Source: an uncultured bacterium (lineage in GTDB: Bacteria; Omnitrophota; Omnitrophia; Omnitrophales; Abzuiibacteriaceae). From it: DNA of 64,000 nt. Below the pieces are notes generated by a model. The model was not told the origin of the DNA. It worked only from the letters and a program-made list of their open reading frames with translations, and made no database searches. A program made the translations under genes and the position numbers. The first letter of the stretch is position 1; the number at the start of each line of letters is the position of its first letter. Positions 18,483 through 28,264 of the stretch are shown here, in pieces. The stretch covers positions 1 through 64,000 of the forward strand of contig CAYLXA010000001.1 of NCBI GenBank assembly GCA_964387845.1. The letters are read 5' to 3'.

Positions 18483-20057
18483 TTACTTGGCTTTGAGTGA
18501 AAGTGCGATCTTGCGGGCTTCGGAATCAATGCTGATAACCGAAACCTTAACGCTTTCGCCTGCCTTAAATGCAGATTCAAGCTGAGCTGTTTTCTGATGT
18601 GGAATTTCAGAAATGTGGACAAGGCCTTCCAGCCCGTTTTCAAGCTCCACAAACAATCCGAAATTAACCACTTTGACAATCTTGCCCGATACGGTTGAGC
18701 CGATTTGGACTGCACCGCTCAAACCCGGCCACGGATCATCGGTAAGCTGCTTAACACCGAGTGAAATTTTGTGGCTGGTCGTATCGATTTCGAGAATTTT
18801 TGCCTTCACCGCATCGCCTTTTTTTACAACATCAGACGGCGCTGAAAATTTGCGCGTCCAGGAAATGTCAGAGGCGTGAATCAAGCCGTCAATGCCGGGC
18901 TCGATTTCGAGGAAAATGCCGTAGTCTGTAACATTGCGCACTTTGCCTTCGACGATATCGCCCACATTAAATTTTCCCTGAAGCGATTCCCACGGGCTTT
19001 TTTCAAGCTGCTTGAGGCCGAGGGATAATTTACGGGAAGCTTTGTCGATTGAAAGCACCATCACTTCCACTTCCTCGCCTTGCTTGAGGACTTCAGAAGG
19101 ATGATTGATGCGCTTCGTCCATGAAAATTCACTGATGTGAATCAGGCCTTCGATTCCCTTTTCGAGTTCCACGAACGCGCCGTACGGAAGCAAGTTGGTC
19201 ACTTTTCCGCGGACTTTGGCGCCGGGCGTGTATTTGTCCGCCGCATTTTCCCATGGGCTTGCCGTGATTTGTTTGAGGCCGAGCGACACTTTTTCGTTGT
19301 CGCGGTCAATGCCGATCACAATCACTTGAATTTCATCGCCGAGGTTCAAAATCTCGGAAGGATGCGTAATCCGGCCCCAGCTGATATCCGTGATATGCAG
19401 AAGCCCGTCAATGCCGCCCAAATCAATGAACGCGCCGAAATCCGTGATATTTTTCACGCGGCCTTTCACGACCTGGTTCAGAGACAATGTTTCGAGGAAT
19501 TTGGATTTCGCATGCTCTTTCTCTTTATCGAGAAAATCTTTGCGGGAAACAACAATGTTCTTTCTTTTATGATTGATCTTAACGATCACAAATTTGGAAG
19601 TCTGGCCCAAGAACTGATCGATGTTGCGGACCGGCTTGATATCCAGGAGCGAGGCCGGCAAAAAGGCTTCCATGCCGATATCGACCATGAATCCGCCGCG
19701 GACTTTCTTAAAAATACGGCCTTCCACAACGCCGCCTTCGTTCGCATTGGCGAGCAAATCATCCCAGCATTTCTGGCGGTCAGCCTTGCGCTTCGATAAA
19801 ACCACCATGCCGTTTTCATCTTCCATGAATTCAAACAACACATCGACTTCGTCGCCGACTTTAATGGATTGCGGATCCGCAAATTCATCCAGCGGGAGGA
19901 TTCCTTCAGATTTATAATTGATATCGATGAGAGCTTCGCGCCCGTTGATCGCTACGACTTTACCGCGGACAATCTGACCTTCCTCGAACGACTTGAAAGT
20001 CTGCTCGTAAAGTGCTGCAAATGAAGATGATACTTCTTTCTCTGATTTTAACGCCAT
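18483..20057 (-). CDS. rpsA: 30S ribosomal protein S1
   Basis: 524 aa with multiple tandem S1 domains. Confidence 0.85.
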   Translation of the reverse strand: MALKSEKEVSSSFAALYEQTFKSFEEGQIVRGKVVAINGREALIDINYKSEGILPLDEFADPQSIKVGDEVDVLFEFMEDENGMVVLSKRKADRQKCWDDLLANANEGGVVEGRIFKKVRGGFMVDIGMEAFLPASLLDIKPVRNIDQFLGQTSKFVIVKINHKRKNIVVSRKDFLDKEKEHAKSKFLETLSLNQVVKGRVKNITDFGAFIDLGGIDGLLHITDISWGRITHPSEILNLGDEIQVIVIGIDRDNEKVSLGLKQITASPWENAADKYTPGAKVRGKVTNLLPYGAFVELEKGIEGLIHISEFSWTKRINHPSEVLKQGEEVEVMVLSIDKASRKLSLGLKQLEKSPWESLQGKFNVGDIVEGKVRNVTDYGIFLEIEPGIDGLIHASDISWTRKFSAPSDVVKKGDAVKAKILEIDTTSHKISLGVKQLTDDPWPGLSGAVQIGSTVSGKIVKVVNFGLFVELENGLEGLVHISEIPHQKTAQLESAFKAGESVKVSVISIDSEARKIALSLKAK

Positions 20058-20229
20058 GATGCTTTAGTCCCCTTTCGGACAAATGGAATTGAAGTGCCCG
20101 CTACTTAAAGTCTAATACATAGATTTGAGGAATGGGTCACGACTTGACGCATTATAGCAAAATTACTACCGCTTGAAAAATATTATTTGGTAAAAATAAT
20201 ATTTATATAACCTATTGATATTAATAGAC

Positions 20230-21060
20230 TTACGACAATTTATTAGAAGCGGATTTCAGAAAGGAGGTTAACTGTTTCTGATTGGAACGGCTCAGGCTGG
20301 ACTTTATCTGATTCAAAGTGCGTGAAAATTCTCCTAATTTTCGGAGCAGGTTTCGGCGGTTTGAAAGAAGGATCGGAACCCAAAGCCGTGCGTCACTACG
20401 TGCAATCCGGGTTGTATCGCGAAAGCCGGAACTTGCGAATGGCAAGCTCGTGGTCGAGGCCGACTGGGCGAGAAGCGCCGCAACGACATGCGGCAGGTGG
20501 CTGATTTCGGAAACAATTTTATCGTGCCGTTCCGCAGGCAGGACGACAACTTTCCGGCAAAGTTTTCTCCAAAAAGACACCACCGACTTCAACGATCCTT
20601 TATGAGCGCCCGCATGCTTGGTGACAAACGTGAGCGAATCCCGGTATAAATCGGAACTCGCGTGGCTTAAGCCCGTTAAGTGAGAACCGGCCATGGGATG
20701 AGAGCCGATGAAACGAATGTTTTTGAATTTTCTTTTGGCCGCCCAGCGGATCAGAGTTTCTTTGGTGCTGCCGACGTCCGTCACAATTGCACTTCGCTTA
20801 GCGAAGCGATCGACTTCGGCAATCAGTTTTGGAATGGTATCCACCGGCGTGCAGATGATGATAAAATCCGCGGACTGAACGCCGTTACGTAAATCGCGCG
20901 CGCCATCGGTGATGAGTTTTTTGCGTTTTGCTTCGCGGAGCTTTGAGGCGGAACGGCTGATGCCGATCACGCGCGCATTTCGAAATTGTTTCCGCAGCGC
21001 TCCCGCGAGTGACCCACCCAAAAGCCCGAGGCCGATAATCGCGAAAGTTTGCCGGCGCAT
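20230..21060 (-). CDS. tyrA: Prephenate/arogenate dehydrogenase
   Basis: Rossmann 'IIGLGLLGGSLA' and a TyrA-family C-terminal domain. It is part of an aromatic-amino-acid gene block. Confidence 0.7.
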   Translation of the reverse strand: MRRQTFAIIGLGLLGGSLAGALRKQFRNARVIGISRSASKLREAKRKKLITDGARDLRNGVQSADFIIICTPVDTIPKLIAEVDRFAKRSAIVTDVGSTKETLIRWAAKRKFKNIRFIGSHPMAGSHLTGLSHASSDLYRDSLTFVTKHAGAHKGSLKSVVSFWRKLCRKVVVLPAERHDKIVSEISHLPHVVAALLAQSASTTSLPFASSGFRDTTRIARSDARLWVPILLSNRRNLLRKLGEFSRTLNQIKSSLSRSNQKQLTSFLKSASNKLS

Positions 21061-21065
21061 GCGAT

Positions 21066-22082
21066 TTAAATTTCGCGCCCGACCGCGTGCGCGACCGCTC
21101 TTAATTCCTTCATGAGAGCCACAAAACTCTCCGGCCGAAGCGACTGTTCGCCGTCCGACTTGGCCTCTTCAGGATTGTCGTGAACTTCCAGCATGAGGCC
21201 GTCTGCGCCGGCAGCCACCGCTGCTTTCGCAATCGGCGCCACATAATCCCGCTTGCCGGTTCCATGCGAAGGATCTATTAAAATTGGGAGATGAGTTTCG
21301 TCTTTCACCACCGGAACCGCATTGATATCAATCGTGTTGCGCGTTGCGGTTTCGAAGGTCCGGATGCCGCGTTCGCCTAAGAGTACTTTGAAATTTCCTT
21401 TTGAGAGGATGTACTCCGCCGAAAGAATCAGCTCCTTGATCGTGGCGCTCAAGCCGCGCTTCAAGAGAACGGGTTTCTTGCACATGCCGCATTCCTTCAA
21501 TAAATCGAAATTCTGCATGTTGCGGGCTCCGATCTGCAGCATATCGGAATATTGCGCCACCAAATCCACATTGCGCGGATCCATGACTTCCGTCACAACC
21601 AAAAGCCCGACTTCATCGGCCACTTCACGCAGGTATTTCAAACCCTCTTCGCCGAGGCCTTGAAAACTGTAAGGCGATGTACGCGGTTTAAACGCGCCGC
21701 CGCGAAGGAAGTCGGCGCCTGTTTTCTTCACCGTTTTTGCGATCCTGAGAAGCATGTCGCGGCCTTCCACGGAACACGGGCCCGCCATAACGACAATTTT
21801 TTTGCCTCCGACTTTGACGCCATTGCCCATTTCAAAAACAGTCGGCTCGGGCTTGAAATCTTTACTGGCCAATTTGTAAGGGCGCAGAATCGGAACAACG
21901 TTTTCGACACCTGGAAACGCTTCGAGCGGCTTTACGCGAAGCGTATCTTCTTCGCCGATTACGCCGATGATCGTGCGTTCGACGCCGCGCGAAACCTGGG
22001 GCGTCAGGCCCAACTCTTTTACTTTTTCGCAGATGTGGCTCACCTGCTCCGGCGTTGCATTGGTTTTCAAAACAATAATCAT
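21066..22082 (-). CDS. aroF: 3-deoxy-7-phosphoheptulonate (DAHP) synthase, type I-beta, with an N-terminal ferredoxin-like regulatory domain
   Basis: The '[18 protein letters not shown]' and '[19 protein letters not shown]' KDO8P/DAHPS family core is preceded by an ~80-aa ACT-like domain. Confidence 0.8.
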   Translation of the reverse strand: MIIVLKTNATPEQVSHICEKVKELGLTPQVSRGVERTIIGVIGEEDTLRVKPLEAFPGVENVVPILRPYKLASKDFKPEPTVFEMGNGVKVGGKKIVVMAGPCSVEGRDMLLRIAKTVKKTGADFLRGGAFKPRTSPYSFQGLGEEGLKYLREVADEVGLLVVTEVMDPRNVDLVAQYSDMLQIGARNMQNFDLLKECGMCKKPVLLKRGLSATIKELILSAEYILSKGNFKVLLGERGIRTFETATRNTIDINAVPVVKDETHLPILIDPSHGTGKRDYVAPIAKAAVAAGADGLMLEVHDNPEEAKSDGEQSLRPESFVALMKELRAVAHAVGREI

Positions 22083-22104
22083 TTTATGTTTTCTCCTTCA
22101 TCTA

Positions 22105-23199
22105 TTATGATTTCAAAACTTCTTTCAGTGCGCGAATGAATTTCTGATTTTCGGCCTGAGTTCCGATCGAAACACGAATATAAGTATCCAATCCGTAAGC
22201 TTTCATTGATCGCACAATAATTCCCTTTTTGAGCAGGGACTCGAACACGTGCGAGGCACTCCGCCTCACGTCAAACAAAATAAAATTGGCTTGGCTTCGA
22301 ACATACCGAAGCTTCAGCTTGTCAAATTCACCGTACAAAAATTTCCGGCCGGCCGAAACGACTTTCTTCGTTTTCGCCAAAAACGCACGGTCATCCAATG
22401 CCGCGCAGGCGGCTTCCTGCGCCAGCCGGTTCACATTAAACGGTTGGCGGATTTTGTCGAGATATTGAATCATCTCAGGACTGCCCAATCCATAACCGAT
22501 CCGCAAGCCCGCCAAGCCGTAGGATTTCGAGAAAGTCCTCAAAATCACCACGTTGGATTTGCCGGATTTTACATGAAAAATCGAATTTGGGAAATCTTTG
22601 CTTTCAACGAAATCATAGTAGGCCTCATCGAAGCAAACGACCACATCGTCGGGCACCTGCCTCAAAAACGCCTCGACTTCGCGCCGGTCCAGATAGGTTC
22701 CGGTCGGGTTATTGGGGTTTGCAATGAAAATGAGGCGCGTTTTGCTGTCAATTTCCCTTAAAATCGCGGCCAAATCATACCGAAAGCTCTTCATTTTGGT
22801 TTCCACATACCGGCCGCCGTAAACCTGGGTAATGATCGGATACACCAGGAACGATGTCTCGGACGAAATCACTTTTTCGCCGTTTCCCAAAAATCCGCGC
22901 GCCAGGAGTTCAATGATTTCGTTCGAACCATTTCCGATGATCACATTCTTCACCGAAACGCCGAGTTCCTTGGCAAGCCGCTTCTTCAAATAAAAACAAC
23001 CGCCATCGGGATATAAAAACGCTTTTTTAGCGCCTTTCCGAAGCGCCTTCACCGCCTTGGGCGATGCACCGAGCGGATTTTCATTGGACGCCAGCTTGAT
23101 AGCTTTTGAAACCCCAAGCTCGCGCTCGACTTCTTCGATCGGCTTGCCGGGTTCATACGGCGCAATTTGAGAAATTTCTTCCTTAAATATTTTTTTCAT
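22105..23199 (-). CDS. hisC: Histidinol-phosphate/aromatic aminotransferase (class II PLP)
   Basis: 364 aa; 'RTFSKSYGLAGLRIGY' contains the PLP lysine motif. Confidence 0.75.
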   Translation of the reverse strand: MKKIFKEEISQIAPYEPGKPIEEVERELGVSKAIKLASNENPLGASPKAVKALRKGAKKAFLYPDGGCFYLKKRLAKELGVSVKNVIIGNGSNEIIELLARGFLGNGEKVISSETSFLVYPIITQVYGGRYVETKMKSFRYDLAAILREIDSKTRLIFIANPNNPTGTYLDRREVEAFLRQVPDDVVVCFDEAYYDFVESKDFPNSIFHVKSGKSNVVILRTFSKSYGLAGLRIGYGLGSPEMIQYLDKIRQPFNVNRLAQEAACAALDDRAFLAKTKKVVSAGRKFLYGEFDKLKLRYVRSQANFILFDVRRSASHVFESLLKKGIIVRSMKAYGLDTYIRVSIGTQAENQKFIRALKEVLKS

Positions 23200-23216
23200 A
23201 GGATTAAATCCGAAAG

Positions 23217-24284
23217 TTACACTTCGCGTATGGATGGATAAGAACCGAGCACTTTCAAAAAGCGCGCGGTCTTTTCAACCTGGTCGAGCGTTTTCTGGAT
23301 GTGCTTGTCTTCAACGTGTCCTTCCAAATCGATGAAGAAATAATAATCCCAGGCCTTTTTCTTGGAAGGCCGCGATTCGATCTTTGTCATGTTAACTTTA
23401 TTCCGGCGGATCGGATCGAGCATTTCATAAAGCGCACCAACTTTATCCTTAATCGAAACCAAAACGGATGTTTTGTCTTTCCCTGTTCTTTTTGAAATCT
23501 GACGGCCGATCACCAAAAAACGCGTTACATTGTTCGGTGAATCTTCGATTCCTTCCGCTAAAATCGGCAGATTATAAACGGATGCTGCCAGCTTCGACGC
23601 AATCGCCGCCGCGCCGTCTTCACGCGAAGCGCGTTCCGCGGCTGCCGTGGTGCTGGTTGTATCGACAAGCTCTGCCTTCGGCAAATTCGTCTCAAGCCAA
23701 ATCCGGCACTGGCCGAACACTTCGGGCTTTGAGTAAATTTTTCGGACTTGCTTCAAATTTGACTGCGACATCAAATAATGCGAAATCTCGAAAATAATTT
23801 CGGAGCAGATTTTGAGATCCGAATCGATAAACATATCGAGTGAGTGGTTCACGGCGCCCTCAATCGAATTTTCAATCGGAATCACGCCATAATCGGCGCG
23901 TTTGCGCGTCACTTCCTGGAAGACTTCCGTAATGCTGATGCAGGGCGTATATTTGACGCTTGTTCCGAATTTTGAGACAGATGCCAAGTGTGTAAACGAT
24001 GCCTGCGGGCCCAGGTACGCAACCGACATCGGTTTCTCAAGCGAAAGGCTGGCCGACATCACTTCGCGGTAAATGGCTTTCAAGGCGTCTTTCGGCATCG
24101 GCCCTTTCGAAAGCTCGTCAATCTTGCGGTACACTTCGCTTTCACGGTCCGGTGAATAAATTTCGGCGCCTTTGGATTCTTTTTCCTTCGCGGTTTTGAC
24201 CGCAAGCTCCGTGCGCTCGTTTAAAAGCTCGATAATTTTCTTATCGAGCGCGTCAATTTTTTTACGGATTTCGTCTAAACTCAT
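23217..24284 (-). CDS. pheA: Bifunctional chorismate mutase/prephenate dehydratase (P-protein) with ACT domain
   Basis: N-terminal AroQ chorismate mutase helix pair ('IDALDKKIIELLNER'), a prephenate dehydratase core and a C-terminal ACT domain. Confidence 0.8.
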   Translation of the reverse strand: MSLDEIRKKIDALDKKIIELLNERTELAVKTAKEKESKGAEIYSPDRESEVYRKIDELSKGPMPKDALKAIYREVMSASLSLEKPMSVAYLGPQASFTHLASVSKFGTSVKYTPCISITEVFQEVTRKRADYGVIPIENSIEGAVNHSLDMFIDSDLKICSEIIFEISHYLMSQSNLKQVRKIYSKPEVFGQCRIWLETNLPKAELVDTTSTTAAAERASREDGAAAIASKLAASVYNLPILAEGIEDSPNNVTRFLVIGRQISKRTGKDKTSVLVSIKDKVGALYEMLDPIRRNKVNMTKIESRPSKKKAWDYYFFIDLEGHVEDKHIQKTLDQVEKTARFLKVLGSYPSIREV

Positions 24285-25069
24285 GGGTTTTCGGTTTGTC
24301 CTTCGGCAGGATTTGCGGCAGGCGCGGACACATTTTCCTCATTCATGACAATCGTCGTTCCTTCGCTTTTGAGCAGGTCTTCACGGCGGACGGAATTTTC
24401 GACGAGTGTTTTAATTTCAGAAATGTTGGGCAAATCATTGAGCGACTTGAGCCCGAAGTGCTCCAGGAATTTGTCGGTCGTACCATACATGTAAGGCCGG
24501 CCCGGGACTTCTTTGCGGCCGACGATTTTAATTAAATTGCGTTCCAGAAGCGTGGACACAACACCCGAAACGTCGACGCCGCGCAAATCCTCGATTTCAG
24601 CACGCGTAATGGGCTGCTTGTAGGCCAAAATCGCAAGTGTTTCGAGTGCAGACTGCGTCGCTTGTTTCGCTTTTTTCTGCAGTTCGAGCTTCACGATCCA
24701 CGGCGCATATTGCGGAAGTGTCGAAATTTCATACCCACCCGCCACTTCATTGATCCGGAATGCGCGGCCGTTCGTTTCATAATCGGTTTTCAGCTCTTCG
24801 ACGATTTTTTGAATCTGCGGCGCCGTGAACCCTTTCAAAACGCGCTTGAATTCCGCAACCGTCATGGTCCGGTTCGATGAAAAAAGAATCGCTTCCACCA
24901 CTTTTTTCACTTCTTCTTCCGACAACTCGGAAGGTTCCACAAACTTGGCAGAACCCGATTGCGCAGGCATTGTGTCCTGCTCGAGCTGCTCTTCCAATTT
25001 TTCTTCAAGCTCCTGGCGGAGGCGCTTCAATTCCAGATTCTTTTCTTTTTCACTTTTGGTTTGTGGCAT
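24281..25069 (-). CDS. scpB: Segregation and condensation protein B
   Basis: Winged-helix 'VVEAILFSSNRTMTV...GGYEI' ScpB pattern, downstream of scpA. Confidence 0.75.
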   Translation of the reverse strand: MPQTKSEKEKNLELKRLRQELEEKLEEQLEQDTMPAQSGSAKFVEPSELSEEEVKKVVEAILFSSNRTMTVAEFKRVLKGFTAPQIQKIVEELKTDYETNGRAFRINEVAGGYEISTLPQYAPWIVKLELQKKAKQATQSALETLAILAYKQPITRAEIEDLRGVDVSGVVSTLLERNLIKIVGRKEVPGRPYMYGTTDKFLEHFGLKSLNDLPNISEIKTLVENSVRREDLLKSEGTTIVMNEENVSAPAANPAEGQTENP

Positions 25070-25072
25070 CGT

Positions 25073-25855
25073 TCAGATCCTTTGAATTAAAATGTCACCA
25101 AAACTTTGTGTTTGAACTACTTTTGCGACTTTTGACCGCACAATTTCGAGAAGCGCCAGAAAAGTCGCAATCAATTCATTCTTCGTTACTTGATCACTGA
25201 AGAGCTTGCGAAACGGGATCGATTCTTCATTCGTAAGCCGGTTTTTAATCATCTCGATTTTTTCTTCGATCGAAACGATTTCCTCGAAAACTTCGTGAAA
25301 ACTTTCTTTTTTGACCTGACTCAGCACGTTGTGAAACGCACCGATCAAATCATACAAATTCGCACTGAAGGTATCGATTCCGACGTCCTCGGGCGACAAA
25401 GTGTTTAAATAATAATCCGAAAGCTGCCGCGTGTAATATTTGCCGCGTTCAGATTCCAATTCGCTTAAGGTTTTTGCCGCTTCACGGAACGCCTGATATT
25501 CCAGAAGTTTGCGCACGAGTTCTTCGCGCGGGTCACCGCCCTCTTCATCCGTTTCAAGCTCTTCGTTCGGCAGGAGCATCTTGGATTTAATGTAAATCAG
25601 CGTCGCTGCCATCACCAAAAAGTCACCCGCTATTTCGAGATTGAGTGCTTTCATTTGACCCAAATGCTCCAAATACTGCTTTGTAATCTCCGAGATTTCA
25701 ATGTTGTAGATATCCATCTCGTTTTTCTTAATGAGATCCAAAAGCAAATCGAGCGGCCCTTCGTAAGCCGCCACTTTGATATGAAGCGGACTGGTCGGGT
25801 CGATCGGTGTTTCAAAACTTTGAACCGGCTGATTGGTATCGTTAGCTTCGCTCAT
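25073..25855 (-). CDS. scpA: Segregation and condensation protein A
   Basis: 'LDLLLDLIKKNEMDIYNIEISEIT' matches the ScpA N-terminal kleisin motif. Confidence 0.8.
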   Translation of the reverse strand: MSEANDTNQPVQSFETPIDPTSPLHIKVAAYEGPLDLLLDLIKKNEMDIYNIEISEITKQYLEHLGQMKALNLEIAGDFLVMAATLIYIKSKMLLPNEELETDEEGGDPREELVRKLLEYQAFREAAKTLSELESERGKYYTRQLSDYYLNTLSPEDVGIDTFSANLYDLIGAFHNVLSQVKKESFHEVFEEIVSIEEKIEMIKNRLTNEESIPFRKLFSDQVTKNELIATFLALLEIVRSKVAKVVQTQSFGDILIQRI

Positions 25856-25861
25856 AATCTA

Positions 25862-26845
25862 TCAAATCCCGACGGCTGTTTTGGCGTCTTGTAATGTTTT
25901 TTCGGCAATTTCGGATGCTTTCTTTGAGCCATTCTTCAAGACATCCAAAACGTAATCTTTCTTCGATTTCAGCTCCGAACGTTTCTCATAAATGGGTGTC
26001 GTAAACGCCTGCAGGCAGCCCGACATCTCGCGCTTGCATTCAACACAGCCGCGCGCAGCCGTCCGGCACTCTTTTGCCACAATTTCGACCTTCTCCGGTG
26101 TATTAAAAATCTTGTGATAAAAATACACCGGACAAACATCCGGATTTCCCTTGTCTTCGCGCCGCTTGCGCGCAGGATCCGTCACCATTTGCATGACTTT
26201 CTTATCCGCTTCTTTCGGCGAATCCGATAAATAAATCGCGTTGCCGTAAGACTTGCTCATTTTCCGGCCGTCGGTGCCGGGCAGCTTTTTTACTTTCGAT
26301 AAAAGCGCTTCAGGCTCCTTGAATGTTTTCTTGCCGTACAAATGATTAAAGCGCCGCGCGATTTCGCGGCAAAGTTCCAAATGTGGCAGCTGATCTTCTC
26401 CGACCGGCACAGTATCTGCTTGATAAAGCAGGATGTCGGCTGCCTGCAGAACCGGATAACCCAAAAAACCGTGCGTGTGCAAGTCTTTCTCTTTGAGTTC
26501 CTGAATCTGATCTTTGTAAGTTGGATTCCGCTCAAGCCACGAGAGCGGCGTAATCATCGATAATAAAAGCGCGAGTTCTGCGTGCTGCCTGACTTGGCTT
26601 TGTATAAAAATTGTCGCGCGGTTCGGATCAAGCCCGCTGGCCAAATAATCAAGTGCAACTTCAAATACATTTTCCCGGATTTTCGTATGAGATTCATATT
26701 CGGTCGTCAGCGCGTGCCAGTCGGCGACCATGAAAAAAGCTTCTTCGCCTTCGAATTTCTTCCAATTTTCAAGCGCGCCCAGCAAATTTCCCAAATGAAG
26801 CTGACTGGTCGGCCGGGTGCCGCTTAAAATCCGTTTTTTTGCCAT
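25862..26845 (-). CDS. trpS: Tryptophanyl-tRNA synthetase
   Basis: 327 aa class I aaRS with 'TGTRPTSQLHLGNLLG' and 'KMSKS'. Confidence 0.9.
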   Translation of the reverse strand: MAKKRILSGTRPTSQLHLGNLLGALENWKKFEGEEAFFMVADWHALTTEYESHTKIRENVFEVALDYLASGLDPNRATIFIQSQVRQHAELALLLSMITPLSWLERNPTYKDQIQELKEKDLHTHGFLGYPVLQAADILLYQADTVPVGEDQLPHLELCREIARRFNHLYGKKTFKEPEALLSKVKKLPGTDGRKMSKSYGNAIYLSDSPKEADKKVMQMVTDPARKRREDKGNPDVCPVYFYHKIFNTPEKVEIVAKECRTAARGCVECKREMSGCLQAFTTPIYEKRSELKSKKDYVLDVLKNGSKKASEIAEKTLQDAKTAVGI

Positions 26846-27039
26846 TTTTACCTGAAATAAGTCTCTATTTTTACCTAAACTACGAAGTTGTCATATCTTA
26901 CAAAAACAGGCAATACTACACTAAAGTACTTAAGAAAGTCAATTAAGCAACGGCCGATCGCTTGTAAAGCTAAAATAATCGGGTTATTCTTAAAGTGTCT
27001 TTAAAAAACTGCTCATTAAAGTGTGAATCGAACGTCCGC

Positions 27040-27215
27040 CAAAGATCGTGGCGGATCCGCTAAGCAGTGTGGCGGAGGTAAACTAACTGAAAAGTTGGGG
27101 CGCAAAGCAAGAGGTCCGAAATGAAATTAAAAGGATGGCTCGGCTGCCGAAATTCATATTCAGAATTTGGAATAAACGCCCGTACTTTTTAGTACGGGCG
27201 TTTATGTTTTTATGG
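27040..27215 (+). promoter_or_regulatory. Candidate c-di-GMP-I (GEMM) riboswitch with an intrinsic-terminator expression platform in the 5' leader of the pilin-like gene
   Basis: 27071-27106 'GGCGGAGGUAAACU-AACU-GAAA-AGUU-GGGGCGCAAAGC' matches the GEMM core 'GGCAAACC-stem-GNRA-stem-GGGACGCAAAGCC' with identical spacing. A 13-bp perfect hairpin plus U-tract sits at 27174-27212, and the ATG is at 27226. Confidence 0.5.
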
Positions 27216-27225
27216 AGAAAAACGG

Positions 27226-28218
27226 ATGAAGCAAAAAAAGTTGGGTGTAACGCTGGTTGAAATCATGATTGTGGTTGCCATCATCGGTATAGTGGCAGCA
27301 TTCGCAATCCCCAACTATCTACGTTCAAGGCAAACAGCCGATACCGCTTCTTTGGAACAAACCGCACGTCAGATTGCGCAAAAAATGGAACAAATTTTCT
27401 GGGGCCAGAATCCAAACGAATATCCGCCGGAATTGTCGATGCCTTCCGGGCTTGTCACGTGGGCTGCGCCAACCAACTTGGGCAATATTCAAGATTTGCT
27501 TGAATTGCTCAAGAAAATTTGTGAACAACAGGGTAAAAGCTTGTCATCCGGCCAAATCGGAGATTTGACGGCCTCTGAAATTGCTGCCGATCCCGAAGCC
27601 ATGCAAGCGCTCGTTGAAACTTGTTTCCAGAACAATCCGCCACTAACATACACAACACCGGCCGGCGGACAAACCTATTTATTTTCTGTGTCATCACCCA
27701 ATGGAACCAACTACACGGCAAGCCCGGGCGGCGTCAGCCAAACGCCTCCCGATTGCACCGGTGATGCCGGATGCGATGACGGTGTTTATTGCAATGGTGT
27801 TGAAACCTGCCAGTACGGAAGCTGCCAGGCCGGAATTAGTCCGTGCGACGAAGGATATACCTGCCACGAATCTTATCAGGAATGTACTGAGGGCATCTGC
27901 GGAAACGGTATTTGGGAAGGTTATGAAGAATGCGGTGAAGAAGATACGGGATTTAGTTATGAATTCATGGAATGCATTAATTGCCGCTGGGAATTCGTCG
28001 GCTGCCCAGAGGGTTACTATTTCTACGACTGGGCATGCTATCCATCGCCGCCCGACTGCCCATCAGGCTCTTACAAACAACCCGGTCTCGGATGCTGTTG
28101 GCCCGATCCCGGCATGCCGCCGTGGCCAAGACCTATTCAACTGCCTACTTGCGGAGAAGTCGCTGAAGTAATCCCGGATGGCGGCGGGCCCCCTCCGATG
28201 GACGACCCGTCATTTTAA
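27226..28218 (+). CDS. Prepilin-type (GspG/type IV pilin-like) protein with a large Cys-rich C-terminal domain
   Basis: N-terminal 'KKLGVTLVEIMIVVAIIGIVAAFAIPNY' class III signal/methylation motif. The C-terminal 160 aa contain about 30 Cys in CGNG..E.CGE-type repeats (myxobacterial Cys-rich-repeat-like). Confidence 0.75.
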   Translation: MKQKKLGVTLVEIMIVVAIIGIVAAFAIPNYLRSRQTADTASLEQTARQIAQKMEQIFWGQNPNEYPPELSMPSGLVTWAAPTNLGNIQDLLELLKKICEQQGKSLSSGQIGDLTASEIAADPEAMQALVETCFQNNPPLTYTTPAGGQTYLFSVSSPNGTNYTASPGGVSQTPPDCTGDAGCDDGVYCNGVETCQYGSCQAGISPCDEGYTCHESYQECTEGICGNGIWEGYEECGEEDTGFSYEFMECINCRWEFVGCPEGYYFYDWACYPSPPDCPSGSYKQPGLGCCWPDPGMPPWPRPIQLPTCGEVAEVIPDGGGPPPMDDPSF

Positions 28219-28264
28219 GATAAGGTTTGGTTGGCTTTTCGATCGTTCGGATCAATTCTGCGGC

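Noticed and set aside
27174-27212. Considered the strong hairpin + U-tract before the pilin-like gene as an ordinary terminator of an upstream gene.
   Set aside because: The only upstream gene (trpS) is on the opposite strand and divergent, so nothing on the plus strand needs terminating there. Its position 14 nt before the RBS, downstream of a GEMM-like motif, fits a riboswitch expression platform.
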